A stretch of DNA of 64,000 nucleotides from Camelus dromedarius (taxonomy: Eukaryota). This document shows positions 21,271 to 32,772 of this stretch, piece after piece; position 1 is the first letter of the stretch; each line of letters opens with the position of its first letter. The position numbers and the translations under genes were made by a program. The stretch lies in contig NC_087449.1 of the NCBI RefSeq assembly GCF_036321535.1, forward strand, positions 60,760,001 to 60,824,000. Direction: 5' to 3'. Below the pieces are notes generated by a model. The model worked only from the letters and a program-made list of their open reading frames with translations. It made no database searches and had not been told where the DNA came from.

Positions 21271-24200
21271 TATTTGGGTCCCAGGGGAGTAAGGGACTTG
21301 GAGTCAGAGGGATCCAAGTTTACATCCTGTCTCTGGTCTCTGTGACCCAGACTTCTTGTCTGTGAAATGGGTGATGGTTCTCTTACAGGACGTTGAGAGA
21401 GGATTAAACAAGAGGTGAGTGGGTGGAATGGAGAGGCTACAGCAGTCCTCTCTCAGATGAGGCTCCGGGAGCTGGAAAGAGCCTTCAGTCGGGTTTCCAC
21501 ACAGCACAGGAGTCCCTGGGCCTGGTTCCGTCTAGCTGCACCTTCTGGCACCAAACACTCACCTCTCTGGAGTCCTTGAAAAGCGGAAGTCAGCCAAGGA
21601 AAAGGCTGCTGGGGCAGTCAGAGGGAACTCAGCTGCTAGCGGGTGTGGGCACCATCCCTGCTGAGGCCGCAGAGCGACTCCGCCTCCCCCTGCTGGGCTG
21701 GCCCTGTGGAAAGGGCTGCAGGGGCAGGGTCTCTCAGAGCCAGGCTCCTACATTTAAGCCAGGCCTTGAACTCAGAGGCCCAGAGGACAGAGGGCAGGAA
21801 GGTACAAACCCAAAGGGAACCAAAAGTCCCTGGAGGGGGAGGGAGAGAAGAGGTGACTCAGAATCAGGAGGGAAGTAGAAAAAGCAGAGAAGGCGGCCTG
21901 AGGCCGGGAAATCCTCCCTCCCCAGGGGTGGGGTCTCTCTCCAGAAAGCCAGGCTTCTGGCTGCTGTAGGTGGAAGGACCCAACCTCTGAACCCCAAGGG
22001 GGTTCCCCCCAAACCCTGACAGCCCCCTGTCCCCCAACCACAAACAGCCCTGACTTGACCTCGGGAACTCCCTGTAGGCAGACCTGGTTCTAATCCTGCC
22101 CCTACCACTTATTATAACCCTGAGCCTTGATTTCCTCATCTGGCAAATGGATACAATGACAGGACCCACCTCACTGTGCAGGAATGAGGATTAAATTCAG
22201 TTCCTAAGAATAACACATCAGGCTCAAGTGGGCCTGGTGGCTCCATTTAACAAGGAGAGGGCGTGGGGCGGGGGGCTGGCTGTGGAGAGCTAGCATCATG
22301 GCATCTCTCAGGAGAACTTTCAGTCCTCATCAGAGAAATAAAGAAATGGAATCTTCCATGTCTAGCCCTGTAGGCCCATCCTCTCTACACCCCACGAGCC
22401 CCTCTAATGCCACTCCTTTCCATGAGACTTTAAGTTTCTTGAGGTCAGGAACTTAATATTCCCCTTAATTCTCTGGAACTTGCACCCAGAAACTTGACAA
22501 AATATCCGTTGGTGAAGGATCAGAGGGGTGGACTTCTTGTTTTTCAAAAAGATCATGTATGTTTTTAAGAGCCCACTGACATGACAGTGGTCTCCTGACA
22601 AAGCCTCAGGACTTTTTAAACTTAATCCTTGGAACTTCACCCGGCAGGTTCTTTAGCCACAGGGGAAACTGAGGCTTGGAGAAGCGGAGCACCCTGCCCA
22701 GAGTCACCCAGCTGGGCGCTGGCAGGCGGGCGCTGGGACCTAGTTTTGTGTCACTCCGGGGCTGCTGTTTTGCTCTTCCCATTTTTCCTGCCACCTGCCT
22801 TCCGCGTAATTAAGTGATAATGAATTCGGTTCCCTATTTTTGTTATTTATCAAAGCTATAAGTAGCTGTCAGTCAAAGCATCTATTCAGCAGGAGGAAAG
22901 GAGGGTTCTCGTGCTGGGTCCCCATCACTCCAGCCCAAAGCAAGAGGGCTGTGGCCAGCATGCAGGCGGAGCAGCTCTGTGGCGGGGGGCGGGGGGGGGG
23001 GCGGGGAGGGTGTAAGTGGAGGCAGCCAGTGGCTTTTGTGGAGTGACCTCCGTGCCAGCCACTACCACCAGAGCTGGGCACGATGGGGACAGGAACTTTG
23101 TAAATTCTTATTTTGTGCCGAGCACTGGGTTAAGCACTTCACAACCCTGTGAGGTGGGTGCTATTCTTCTCCTGGTTCTAGCGGGAGGAAAAGAGGCTCA
23201 GAAGGGTTCAGGTGCCTGGCCCCCAGGCCCAAAGCTGGGATTCCAACCCAGGGTGGCAAACTCCAAGGGCTCTGCCTTTAACCACTAGTCTCTCAGGAAG
23301 GACCAGGGCGGGGGTGGGGGGGGGGAGATGCTGTGAGCAGCAAGAGTCTGAGGAGACACCAGCAAGGCGGAGCAAGTGGGGAGGTGGGGAGGCGGGGAGG
23401 GCAGGGTGGGAAGAAGAGAGGGAAGCCTGCCGCTCTGACACAAGGGGTCATGAGATGAAGCGGCTGGGGACGAGGTTGGGCAGGGCAGGGGACTAGGGCA
23501 TCTTCCTCGGATTCCACGGCAGGTTCAGAATTACAGGGCCACCTACCTCTCCGGCAGGTATAGGCTTACAAACCCTCGCAGAGCCCCACGCAAGCTGTTG
23601 CCAGCCCAGAGGTAGCCCTACCGTTGCCCCTTGCCTGGAGGGTTCAGAGGCAGCCCTGGATGGATGGGCAGACAGAGGTGGGGAGAGGATGGGATTAGAG
23701 GTGATGCGTACAGCCTGAAGCCACAAGGAGAGGGAGGACTGAGAGTCCAGGTGCCTGGTACCAGGCCAGAGCCTTATGTGTGTCAGCCCCCGAGACCCAC
23801 CCTGAGAAGCAGGGACCACCCTCCTTCTTGTAAAGTCCTGGGCCTCAGTTTTCTCTTCCATAAAACGGGGAGAAGGGCTGGTGTCCACCCCTGCGGTCTC
23901 TCCTAGCTGGAAACTACACGGCCGCAGCGTGAGGTCAGCGATGGCAGAGAGCCAACCTTCCCTCTGTCCCCTCGCTTCTCCTTCCATCTTGGTCCTCAGG
24001 AAGTATCTGCTGATGAACACTGGAGGTAAGAACCAGAAGAGCCCGGAGAAAGCAGTCCTGCCATCCAGGAGGGCTCAGGACCCCTCAGAAATGAGGAGGT
24101 CACTGCTGAGTCACCTTTGCGAATCATCAGATACAGCCTGCTCCTTTTACAGATGGGAATACTGAGGCCCAGGGAGGGCAGGCAGACTAGGTAATGCAAT

Positions 24201-25019
24201 GGCAGAGCCACGACAAAGCCCTGCTTCCTAGCTCCTGGCCTCCCAGTTCCCTCTGACCTCTCTCGTCTCCTCCACTCTGCTGTGCTGGTGGATGGCTTCC
24301 CAGGAGGGCCAGGCTCCCCTCCCCTCTGCCATGGGAGCAGGAGATCAGGGCGGAAGTCTCTCAGCAGAGCCCTGGCTGTGATCCTTGGGCCCTGCTTGGA
24401 CCCAGGAGGCTGCAGCCCGGCTTGGACAGCAGAAGCAGAACGGAGGTTTTGTCCTCGATGAGAGCCTGTCTGTTGGCTGTTCACAGCCGGGGCTGGGCTG
24501 GGCTGGGCTGGCACAGTGAAGCCTTGTTTCCTTGAATACAAAACCTGCAGCCTTCCATCCTCGCCAGGGCCCCCGGCGGGCGGCACTTCCTTCCCTAGAA
24601 GTCCGGCTCCCTGGCCCCTTCCTGCCCCCCTCACCCCTTCCAACGCCCCAGCAAGCAGCAGTGGTGCCATGAGGGGGCTTGTAGGAGTTCAGCTCCTCTC
24701 AATCCTCATCAAAGTACTCCTCGTCAAACTAACACCAAAAACAGCCTCTGCAAAAAGTGAGCTCGCTCCGCAAACGCAGTTTCAAGACCATTCCCCTAGT
24801 CGTGCGGCCCTTCCAACTGAGCAGAAGCCTCCCAAGGCCCTGCTCATTTGGCGTGTCTGGGTTTTCCAAACAGCTCTATCTTTTTTGGGGGCAGGAGTCA
24901 GGATGCTGTGGAAACCCAAGAGTAGGAGGACCCTGGTAGCAGAAGATCAGTCATGAACTCAGAAGCGGGTGTTAGAGGAGTGCGCTTCCCACGTGGAAGC
25001 AGGTATCTGTGATGGGAAA

Positions 25020-25200
25020 CCCAGAAGGGAAGAACATGGGTTCTGGAGTCACAGACCTGGGTTCAGATCCTGGCTTCATTATTTTCTAGCTGTGTGGTCT
25101 TGGCAAGTTACTTAACTACTCTGTGCCCAGACTGCCCAACTGCACCACAGTGATGATGATGGTTCTATGTCACAGGGCTGCTGGGAGGAATGAATGGCGG
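25020..25200 (+). mobile_element. MIR SINE
   Basis: tggagtcacagacctgggttcagatcctggct...gctgtgtggtcttggcaagttacttaac. Confidence 0.8.
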
Positions 25201-27130
25201 AGCTCCTTAGTCCCTTGGCACTTGAATAACCTCCCTTGCACTACTCAGGGCTGGGGTGGGGGCGGGCAGGCTCTACAAGGAAGTTCCTAACAGACCTCTG
25301 TTGGGGCTGGGATCCTTGAAATCCTGTTCTCCCAACATCTCCAGTCTTTGACCAAGAAGAAACTTGAGAGGAAGTCCTAGCCAAGAACTTGGAGTCAAAG
25401 AAGTAGGCTCCTCAGGGCCCAGGGGTCTCCATGCAGAGCCCCGGAGTGGGGTTAAGGACTGTTTCCCCCTGGGCTGACCCTCAGACAAGCCATCCAGTCT
25501 GAGAACCAAAACCTCTTCCCCTGCATTGGGGCCAAATGCAGAAGCAGCAGCTGCAACAGGCAGTGAGAAGTGGGAAAGAGCCTTTCTCAAGCTGGGGGGG
25601 ATTGCAAAACACCCCCTCCCTGGGCTTCCTGCTTGCTGCCTGGGCACACATCTCCAGCCTGCCCGACCTCCTGCTCCAGCCAAGGGCTAGCATCCCTCCC
25701 TCTCACCCTTGAGCTGCTGGTCCTGGGAGTAGGGGTTTGAGGGTGGGTGGTAATCTCCTGACTCACCTAAGACTTGTCCTCAGGATAGCTCTATGTTTTG
25801 AATCCACTTCCAGATCTACTCCAGAGTACACCCTTGGGCTGTTTGCCCTTCCAAGGGCCAGGGGCCAGGGGCAGGGGGGATGGGCAACAGGCAGTAGATG
25901 GGGAAGAGTACCAAGGGAGGGGGGCTGAGCACCTTCACCCCCACCCCCACGTTTGTGCCTGGAGGGCAGTGTGGCTGAACATCTCAACCCCAACTGGATG
26001 AACTCAAGGATGGACCAGAAGGGGACCTGGAACCCTTTCTCTCTAATCACTTCACAGAGAGAGAAAGTTTTTTTTTGTTGGGGGAGGGGTAAACCTACAG
26101 GCCTGGAAGTACCTGTCCAACCTGCTGAGGGCATGGGGTGTGGAGTTATATGATAAAGGCAGGGCTGAGAGCAACCAGCCAAGTCAGATAGGAGGGGGTG
26201 GGGTGTCAGGGACCCTGTGTGGGGAGGGAAGCGGGGCAAGGAGTCGTGGGGCCTTCTGACGGAAAGCTGTCGGGCAGTGGCTGCAAAGCTGCTGGGTGTA
26301 GCCGGGTCGTGAGGGCAAGAGGAGGGAGGAACTGTTGCGGGGGGCTAGTACATACCTGCAGAGTAGGGGGCAAGGAGGAAGGGGTCCCTCCCTAGGGAGA
26401 TCACCTGAGGGTCAAGGATTGGGGTCCTGGCTAACAGAGTGGATGGGAGTAGAGGTGGGAGGGGCTGAAGGGCCTTTGACCAGTTTGCTGTCAGATGCTT
26501 AATAACTGGAGGGGGAGGGGTCTCGGCCCAGAATCCACGTTGAGGGGGATCTGAGATAAGCAGAGGAAATGAAAGGACCCCAGTGAAAGGAATGGTCACC
26601 TTTGTTGAGGCGCTGGGGGGTTGGGTGGGTGTTTTTGACCTGTGTTTGGGGGTGGGGGTGGGGAATCCAAGTAGCTGGGGAGGGGGAAAGGGAGGTCTCG
26701 GGGTCCTCCATCTAGGCGTGCGCGGGTGCGGAGAAGCATCACTAACAAGGCGGGGGTCCTAGGCCGGAGCCCCGGAGTCTCCAGACCCATGTGTATGGTG
26801 GCAGTGGGGGCTCGCGGGGACTCATGCTCAACCAGAAGGAGCCGCGGGGTCCCTCACAACGTGTGCGCGCGTGTGGTGTACCGGGGGCAGCGTCCCCGTG
26901 AGGAGGGGTCGAGTGCCAGGGGCTGCGGGTCCCCAGACCCATACGCGTGGTGGGGAGGCGGTCCCGAAGCCTCGTGATTATCTGGAAGGGGCCCGGAGTC
27001 CCCACTCCTGATGTGTCGGGGTTCGAGGAGCTCGGCTGGCCACACCGGTCCCGGGACGGCGCGGGGTCCGGGGTTCGGGCGCTCGAGAGCCGAGGCCGGT
27101 TCGCGGGGTGGGTGGGGGACCGGGTCGGGC

Positions 27131-27342
27131 NNNNNNNNNNNNNNNNNNNNNNNNNNNNNNNNNNNNNNNNNNNNNNNNNNNNNNNNNNNNNNNNNNNNNN
27201 NNNNNNNNNNNNNNNNNNNNNNNNNNNNNNNNNNNNNNNNNNNNNNNNNNNNNNNNNNNNNNNNNNNNNNNNNNNNNNNNNNNNNNNNNNNNNNNNNNNN
27301 NNNNNNNNNNNNNNNNNNNNNNNNNNNNNNNNNNNNNNNNNN
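27131..27342. other. assembly gap, 212 N
   Basis: direct inspection. Confidence 1.
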
Positions 27343-27445
27343 CCGCCGCTCCGTTCAGGCCGGGCTGCTCCGGGGCCTCGCCGCCGCCCTCGCCCTCCAT
27401 CTGCAGCCGCCGGCTCAGCTTGCTGGCCAGCTCGTCCGTGGCCAT
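27343..27445 (-). CDS. EFHD2: EFHD2 exon 1, visible part (MATDELASKLSRRLQMEGEGGGEAPEQPGLNGAA...); the remainder lies in the N gap
   Basis: GCCACC-like context accATGG at 27445; the donor must fall in the gap (about 27137 if the exon is human-sized, which is inference). Confidence 0.93.
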
Positions 27446-28414
27446 GGTGGCCCGCGCGGCGCTCGTCTCGGCCCGGCCCCTGCTAGTCGCGCGCCCGCAC
27501 CGCCTCTGGCCGCGCTCTTCCTCTTCCTGACACTCCCCGGCGCCAGGCGCCGCCCCCGAAGGTGGGACTTACGCCCCTCGCGGGGCCCGCCCGCTCCCGC
27601 CCGCTCCCGCCCCAGCTCCCCGCCCTGCGCAGCCCGCGCGGGCTTGATCTCCAATGCTGCGGCTCAAGTGTGCTGGGGCCGCCGGGTCCGCCACCATCCC
27701 CCCGTAAGGTTGGGGGGCCCCGTAGAAACCCATCCTCTCTCTCTGTCCTCACTGTGCCAGCTGAATGGAAGAAGTCGGGCTGGGGGCAGAGACCAAGGCG
27801 GGAAAGAAGAGGGGGGCCTTCTCCTGCAGTTGGGTGTGGGTTTTAGGGGCGCAGGGGGGCGCCGCCTTCTCTGGAATCCCCACGCCGTGGAGTCGTCATC
27901 CTGTGTATGTGTGAGACCCTGTCGGTTGCCATGGAGACGACTTGATGTTACACACTGGCGTTCTCAATGAGGGTTGCAAGGGTAATGAAGAAGGTGGACC
28001 CGGTGAGCAGGAACCCCCGTTTAGATGTAACCGCAGCTGGAGCCGCTACATCTTTCGGAAAGGGTTGGACCAGGGGCTGCCAGGGAAACGGCCCTGGACC
28101 TCAGCCCTGAGAAGTCCTCCAAGACACGGGGAGAAGGAAAGGGAAAAGGAGCTGGTCCTCTCCCCCTGGGCCAGCACATCACATGAATGACTTGGCAGAA
28201 TAGCTGCTGGGCCACGCGGTCGCCTGTGACTTTATTTTAGGGGAACTGGCAGGGAGATCTTGATTTGCCACTTCAGTGGGGACCCCAGAGGAGAGATGTA
28301 CTCTCCGAAGGCTCAGGGGATGGGGTGTCAGGAAGAAGCCAGAGAGGATTTCCCTCTGTGGTCTGATCTGTCACCTGAAAACTGCAAAGGTGTGGACCTC
28401 CAGCTACAGAACCA

Positions 28415-28565
28415 CTTGGGGGGAGGGGATGGGCTGGTTTAATAATACAGATTCCCAGGCTCCAATCCAGGCAGATGAAACTGATCTCTGGAATGAGACC
28501 CAGAAATCGGCATTTTAACAAGCACCCAGGGGAGTTTGGCTCAGTGAAGTTTGAGACTAACTGAT
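28415..28565. mobile_element. MER5A-like hAT-Charlie fragment
   Basis: aatacagattcccaggctcc...gcattttaacaagcacccagggga...aagtttgagactaactg. Confidence 0.7.
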
Positions 28566-29374
28566 GGAAAGGGTGCACTGATTTGTGCTTATTCCCTGAA
28601 ATATTAGGGTGATGCTGAAGACCACTCTTTGGGAACAGCTTGCACTGGTCAACCTGCAGAGAAAAGGTGGACGCAGAGCTTAAAGAACCAGTGCTCTGGA
28701 GGCAGAGAGCACCTGAGAATTTAAAACCAGCAAGTTGTTGCGGACTGATTTGCGCAGAACAGACCCTCAATTTGGTATCTGTCGATTTGCTATAGTTTAA
28801 GAATATTTCTGAATTAATTTAAAAGGCATTTTAAAAAGATAAAACAAAGGGAAAAAACCCTTCGGTATTCAGAAAATATGAAATTTTAACTTATTTTTGA
28901 GATTGTTTCTGAGTCCAATAAAGATGTTCAGCTTAAATGACATGATTTTGTTTTTTTTTTTAAGTTTGGAATTAGGTTTCTGTTGGTCTTGGGCAGTTTG
29001 GTTCAGCTACTTACAAAAGGTAAGTTTCTATATCTCCTACAGGTGTCCTTCAAGGACTCAACAGAAGCAAAATAGTTGTTTTTTTAATTGAATGCAAAAT
29101 ACTAGGGACAGGATGAAACTTAAAAAATTATGCCCACAAATGCTTGAGTATGCAAATTCTTAGCTTTCTTTACAAAGCAGCTAATTACTTAAAAAAAAAA
29201 AATCTGGTGAACCTCAGCTTGCCCTAACCTATGATTAATAATGGATCTGCATGGAATAGGGCTGTCTTTATTATGAAATGTTTTGCATCTGGGAGCAAAC
29301 TTTTAACAGTGAAGAGATTAGGTGAGGGTTGGCCTTCCTGAAAAACAATTTATATATATGTGAAAAACCTAGGG

Positions 29375-29409
<35 letters not shown>

Positions 29410-29454
29410 GTTTCTGTTTTGGTTTTTTGTTTTGTTTTGTTTTGTTTTGGTTTG
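29375..29454. repeat. T26 followed by (GTTTT)n
   Basis: direct inspection. Confidence 0.95.
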
Positions 29455-32249
29455 GTCTGAATCATTCACATGGGCATTATGCATTAACTGCCCTGGTCAA
29501 TTACCCATTTGGCTTGTGTGGACACAACCCCCCAGAGGCAGGGCAGGTTCCATGACGCACAGTTGGCAGAATTCCTATTCATTACCTATTGCATCTTGCA
29601 AAAGGGGAGCAGAATGCCCAGGCCTTGCTGCTATTATACTCAGGCAGAGCTCAGGAAATGCCACCCGGATGGGTGAGCCCTTTTAACATCTCTTAGGTTG
29701 ATATTTCACAGGTTCCCAGGGGTTGAGAACTCTGAGATTCTGTGACTGGGGGATGGGACCTCATGCTGTCCAGGACACTGTCTCATTTTGGAGGCCTGGT
29801 TGATCTGCTCTAAAGCCAGAGATGCATGCTGGATGCTGCATTTTACTTGAACTCTTTCCTTCTGAGGTCATTGGACTTCAGGAAAGGCACTTATTCAGAA
29901 ACCAGAGAAGTGGTGGAGGAAGAAAAGGCAGGGATGACTAATGATCCCCAATTGCTGGTGAAACTTCCAGGAACCATCCATTAGTTGCCCATTCAGTGGG
30001 GGAAATCACTTCTGAGTGACCCTGAGCACTGTACCCCAAGCATGGATTTCGGTAGAAAGAAACGATCTGGACTGGTTATGCATTACAGCATTTGGTCATG
30101 TGGAAAGAATGATATTCAGGAAAAATCACACCCTCGGCAAAGGATTTTTACAGAGGCAGGGGTGAGTGAGAGCCAGTTCTGACAGTATTCCAGCGACAAG
30201 GGAGCTAAGCAGACTTAGTCATCATTGACTTATGTTTCTCTTCTTCCTCCCACATCTACTTGTGTAACTGTCTTTCAGGGAGGGATAAAGTGATATTAAG
30301 AAAAACAACAGTACTTTGAAAAAGAGAAGGGTGAAACAGGGAGGGATTGGAAAGAGCTCTTGGGCAATGGGGGCAGATGGAGAGAACTTTGAGGGGCATT
30401 CCAGAGCTTGACAGCACTGGGTGGTCCCTCCAGCCTGAGATGCTGGTAAAACAAGAAGGGATTAGGGAGGCCGCCAAAGATAAAGTCAGCTCATAAACTA
30501 CAGCCCTTACTTGGCACTTTAATAGACACCAGTTTACTAATTAATCATCACAAATCCTCCGTGGTCACCCGGAAACCCGTGATGGATTGAGAAAGGTGCA
30601 CAAAGGTCAAAGTTCAGGGACGGCCCAGATACTCATCTGGAGCGATTGGAGGAGTGAGAGCAGAGAATGGGGTCACAGCCCAGCTGGTCTCAGAGGCTTT
30701 CTCACCTCCTGCAAAGTCTGGAAGCTGCAGCGGGGGAGGAGCTGTGTCAGGCAGGTGCTCAGGGGAACCCAGGACGGCTAAGCAGGGCAGGAGGGACAGG
30801 GCACACTGGAGACAAGGGCTGCAGGTGGTTGCAGGCCATTGGAGGCCAACCTGTCTCTCTAGCGAGCTCTCTTTTGATGGTTATCTTGGATGAGTTGAAT
30901 CTACTTGAAAACCGAGACGGTCTTTCAGATTAGTTGCATATGCCCTACTGGGCAGGCTGGGAAAAAGACACTGAGAGTAAATTTCTGCTTCTATTAAATC
31001 TCAGGCAGTTCAGTGTCCAGGTTTATTTAACACCCGATAGGCTTGAGTCTTAACCAAGTTTTAAACTCTTAAAAAGTACGCGTGTGTGTCTTAAAAGCCA
31101 GGAGTGTTGCATCTGCAGTGCCTCCCTGGCCCTTTTTCAAAAATGGTAAGAGTATGGGCAGCTGAGTTCAATTTTTATACTACTCTGTGAAAGCAGTGTG
31201 TGTCTACATCCAGACAATCAAGACCTATTTATTAAGTGTGTTGGGCACCGGGCTTTGGTCCTGGGATCCTTCTGGTCGTGGGTAAGAGCGGGATGGGGGT
31301 GGGGGAGCAGGACTAGCCAGTTTGAAGAGTAAAATTTGTTGGATCCCCCACTGGGGAACTGACAGAGGCTACATCTATTCCAGCTAAACCCTCCCTTGGC
31401 TGGGACTCAGCCCTTATGACAACCCACAGTGAAGCTGTTAATAAAATATCTGACACCTCCTACCCCACCCACCCAGCACAACTTCCTGGAGGAAAGGACC
31501 TGTCTGTCTGGTTCAATGTTGGCCCCTTGGGCCCAGCATGGTGCCTGACCCAAGGTCCCTGCTGGAGAAATCAAGGTTGACTGAATGCACAGTGGCCTGC
31601 TCTGCCTGAGGGCTTGGGCCACACGGGGTGTTTTCTCAGTGTCCCCTCCAGAGTATCCAGTGGCCTGTTTTCAGGTCTCAAGGTCACTGCCAAGAAAGAG
31701 AAGCTGCTAAAGTGACACCTCTATGCACCCACATGACTCAACACAGAAGTTAACAGGATCTCTTGAACAACAGGCCTCTCAAGTGTCTGTCCCCTGCTCC
31801 TCCAAGGACAGCGTCAGCAGCATCAGATAGGGATTGGGGCTGGATGACCTGCTGGTTCCTGGGCATCAGTGTGGCCCAGAGGTCATTTAGAGGTCCCTGC
31901 TCAGCAGACAGGGAGGAAGGAATAATGGGAGGTACGGATAAATAGCACATGTGGCTGCTGCAGGGGTACACGAGGATCTGGGAAACTGAAAGAGAGACTC
32001 TAAAACTAGCACAATGCAGAGACAGGCAAAACCACTGGAAAGAGAGCACGGTGCCTAGGCCAGGGACACCTGAACTCAGGTAGTAACTAAAGAAAGCAGG
32101 GGGCTTTGAGAAGGGGCTAGTAAATAAGACACCTAGAAGAAGGGGTGTGTGGTGAAGACTCTGTTCTTTCAGGCGTGGTCCCGTGGAGGGCAGGTGTCCA
32201 GATTCACCGTCAAAGCTTCCTGTTGTCCGGATGCAGGGCTGTGATGGTG

Positions 32250-32470
32250 AAAGGCAGTGTGGGGTCATGGTTAGGAGCTGGGTTTGAAAATCCCTTTGGG
32301 GTGGACTTGGGCAGGTTGGTTTACCTTTCTAGAGGCCTCAGTTGCATTGTCTATAAATGGTGATAGCTAACTCCTCCTGGAGTTCTTGAGAGGATTAAAT
32401 GAGAAAGTTTATGTACAGCGTTTAGTGCAGTGCAGGGTACATAGTAAAAGTTCAAGATGCTCTCAGTGAT
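32250..32470 (+). mobile_element. MIR SINE
   Basis: gggtttgaaaatccc...gcctcagttgcattgtctataaatgg...gaggattaaatgag...gcgtttagtgcagtgc. Confidence 0.75.
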
Positions 32471-32560
32471 GGAGGTGATGATTGGCTGGCTTCCTGATAA
32501 TCAGGCAGCAGACAATAGCCATGCAGATATTAACAATCTAGTCTGAGTGAGAGTTTAACA

Positions 32561-32772
32561 CAGGGTTGGCGTATTTGGCCCTCTGCCTATTTTTATAAAT
32601 AAAGTTTTATTGGAACACAGCCATACTCATTTTGTTTAGGTTTTGTTATGCAGTGGCAGAGTGGAGTAGTGATGACAGTGACTCTGTGGTCCACAAAGTG
32701 AAATGGCCGTTTATAGGAAAAAAGGCTTTCACTCCAGTCCAGCCCTTGACAGAAAAAGTTTGCTCACCCCAT
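32561..32772 (+). mobile_element. MER58A-like hAT-Charlie MITE
   Basis: cagggttggc...aaataaagttttattggaacacagcca...gacagaaaaagtttgctcacccc. Confidence 0.85.

Larger units (their letters stand above)
11125..27500 (-). other. EFHD2: EFHD2 (Swiprosin-1) gene span, 4 exons, about 1.6 kb 3'UTR
   Basis: MATDELASKLSRRLQME N-terminus, EF-hand exons 2-3 and coiled-coil exon 4 ending ELQSTFK*; outer boundaries approximate. Confidence 0.95.
26700..27900. promoter_or_regulatory. CpG island / EFHD2 promoter with GC boxes
   Basis: dense CpG; repeated cccgct/cccgcc units at 27588-27620; surrounds the EFHD2 ATG. Confidence 0.9.

Noticed and set aside
27011-27970. Long ORFs (319, 179 and 140 aa) across the CpG island on +
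   Set aside because: They are open only because of the N gap and high GC, and lie antisense to EFHD2 exon 1; no recognisable protein
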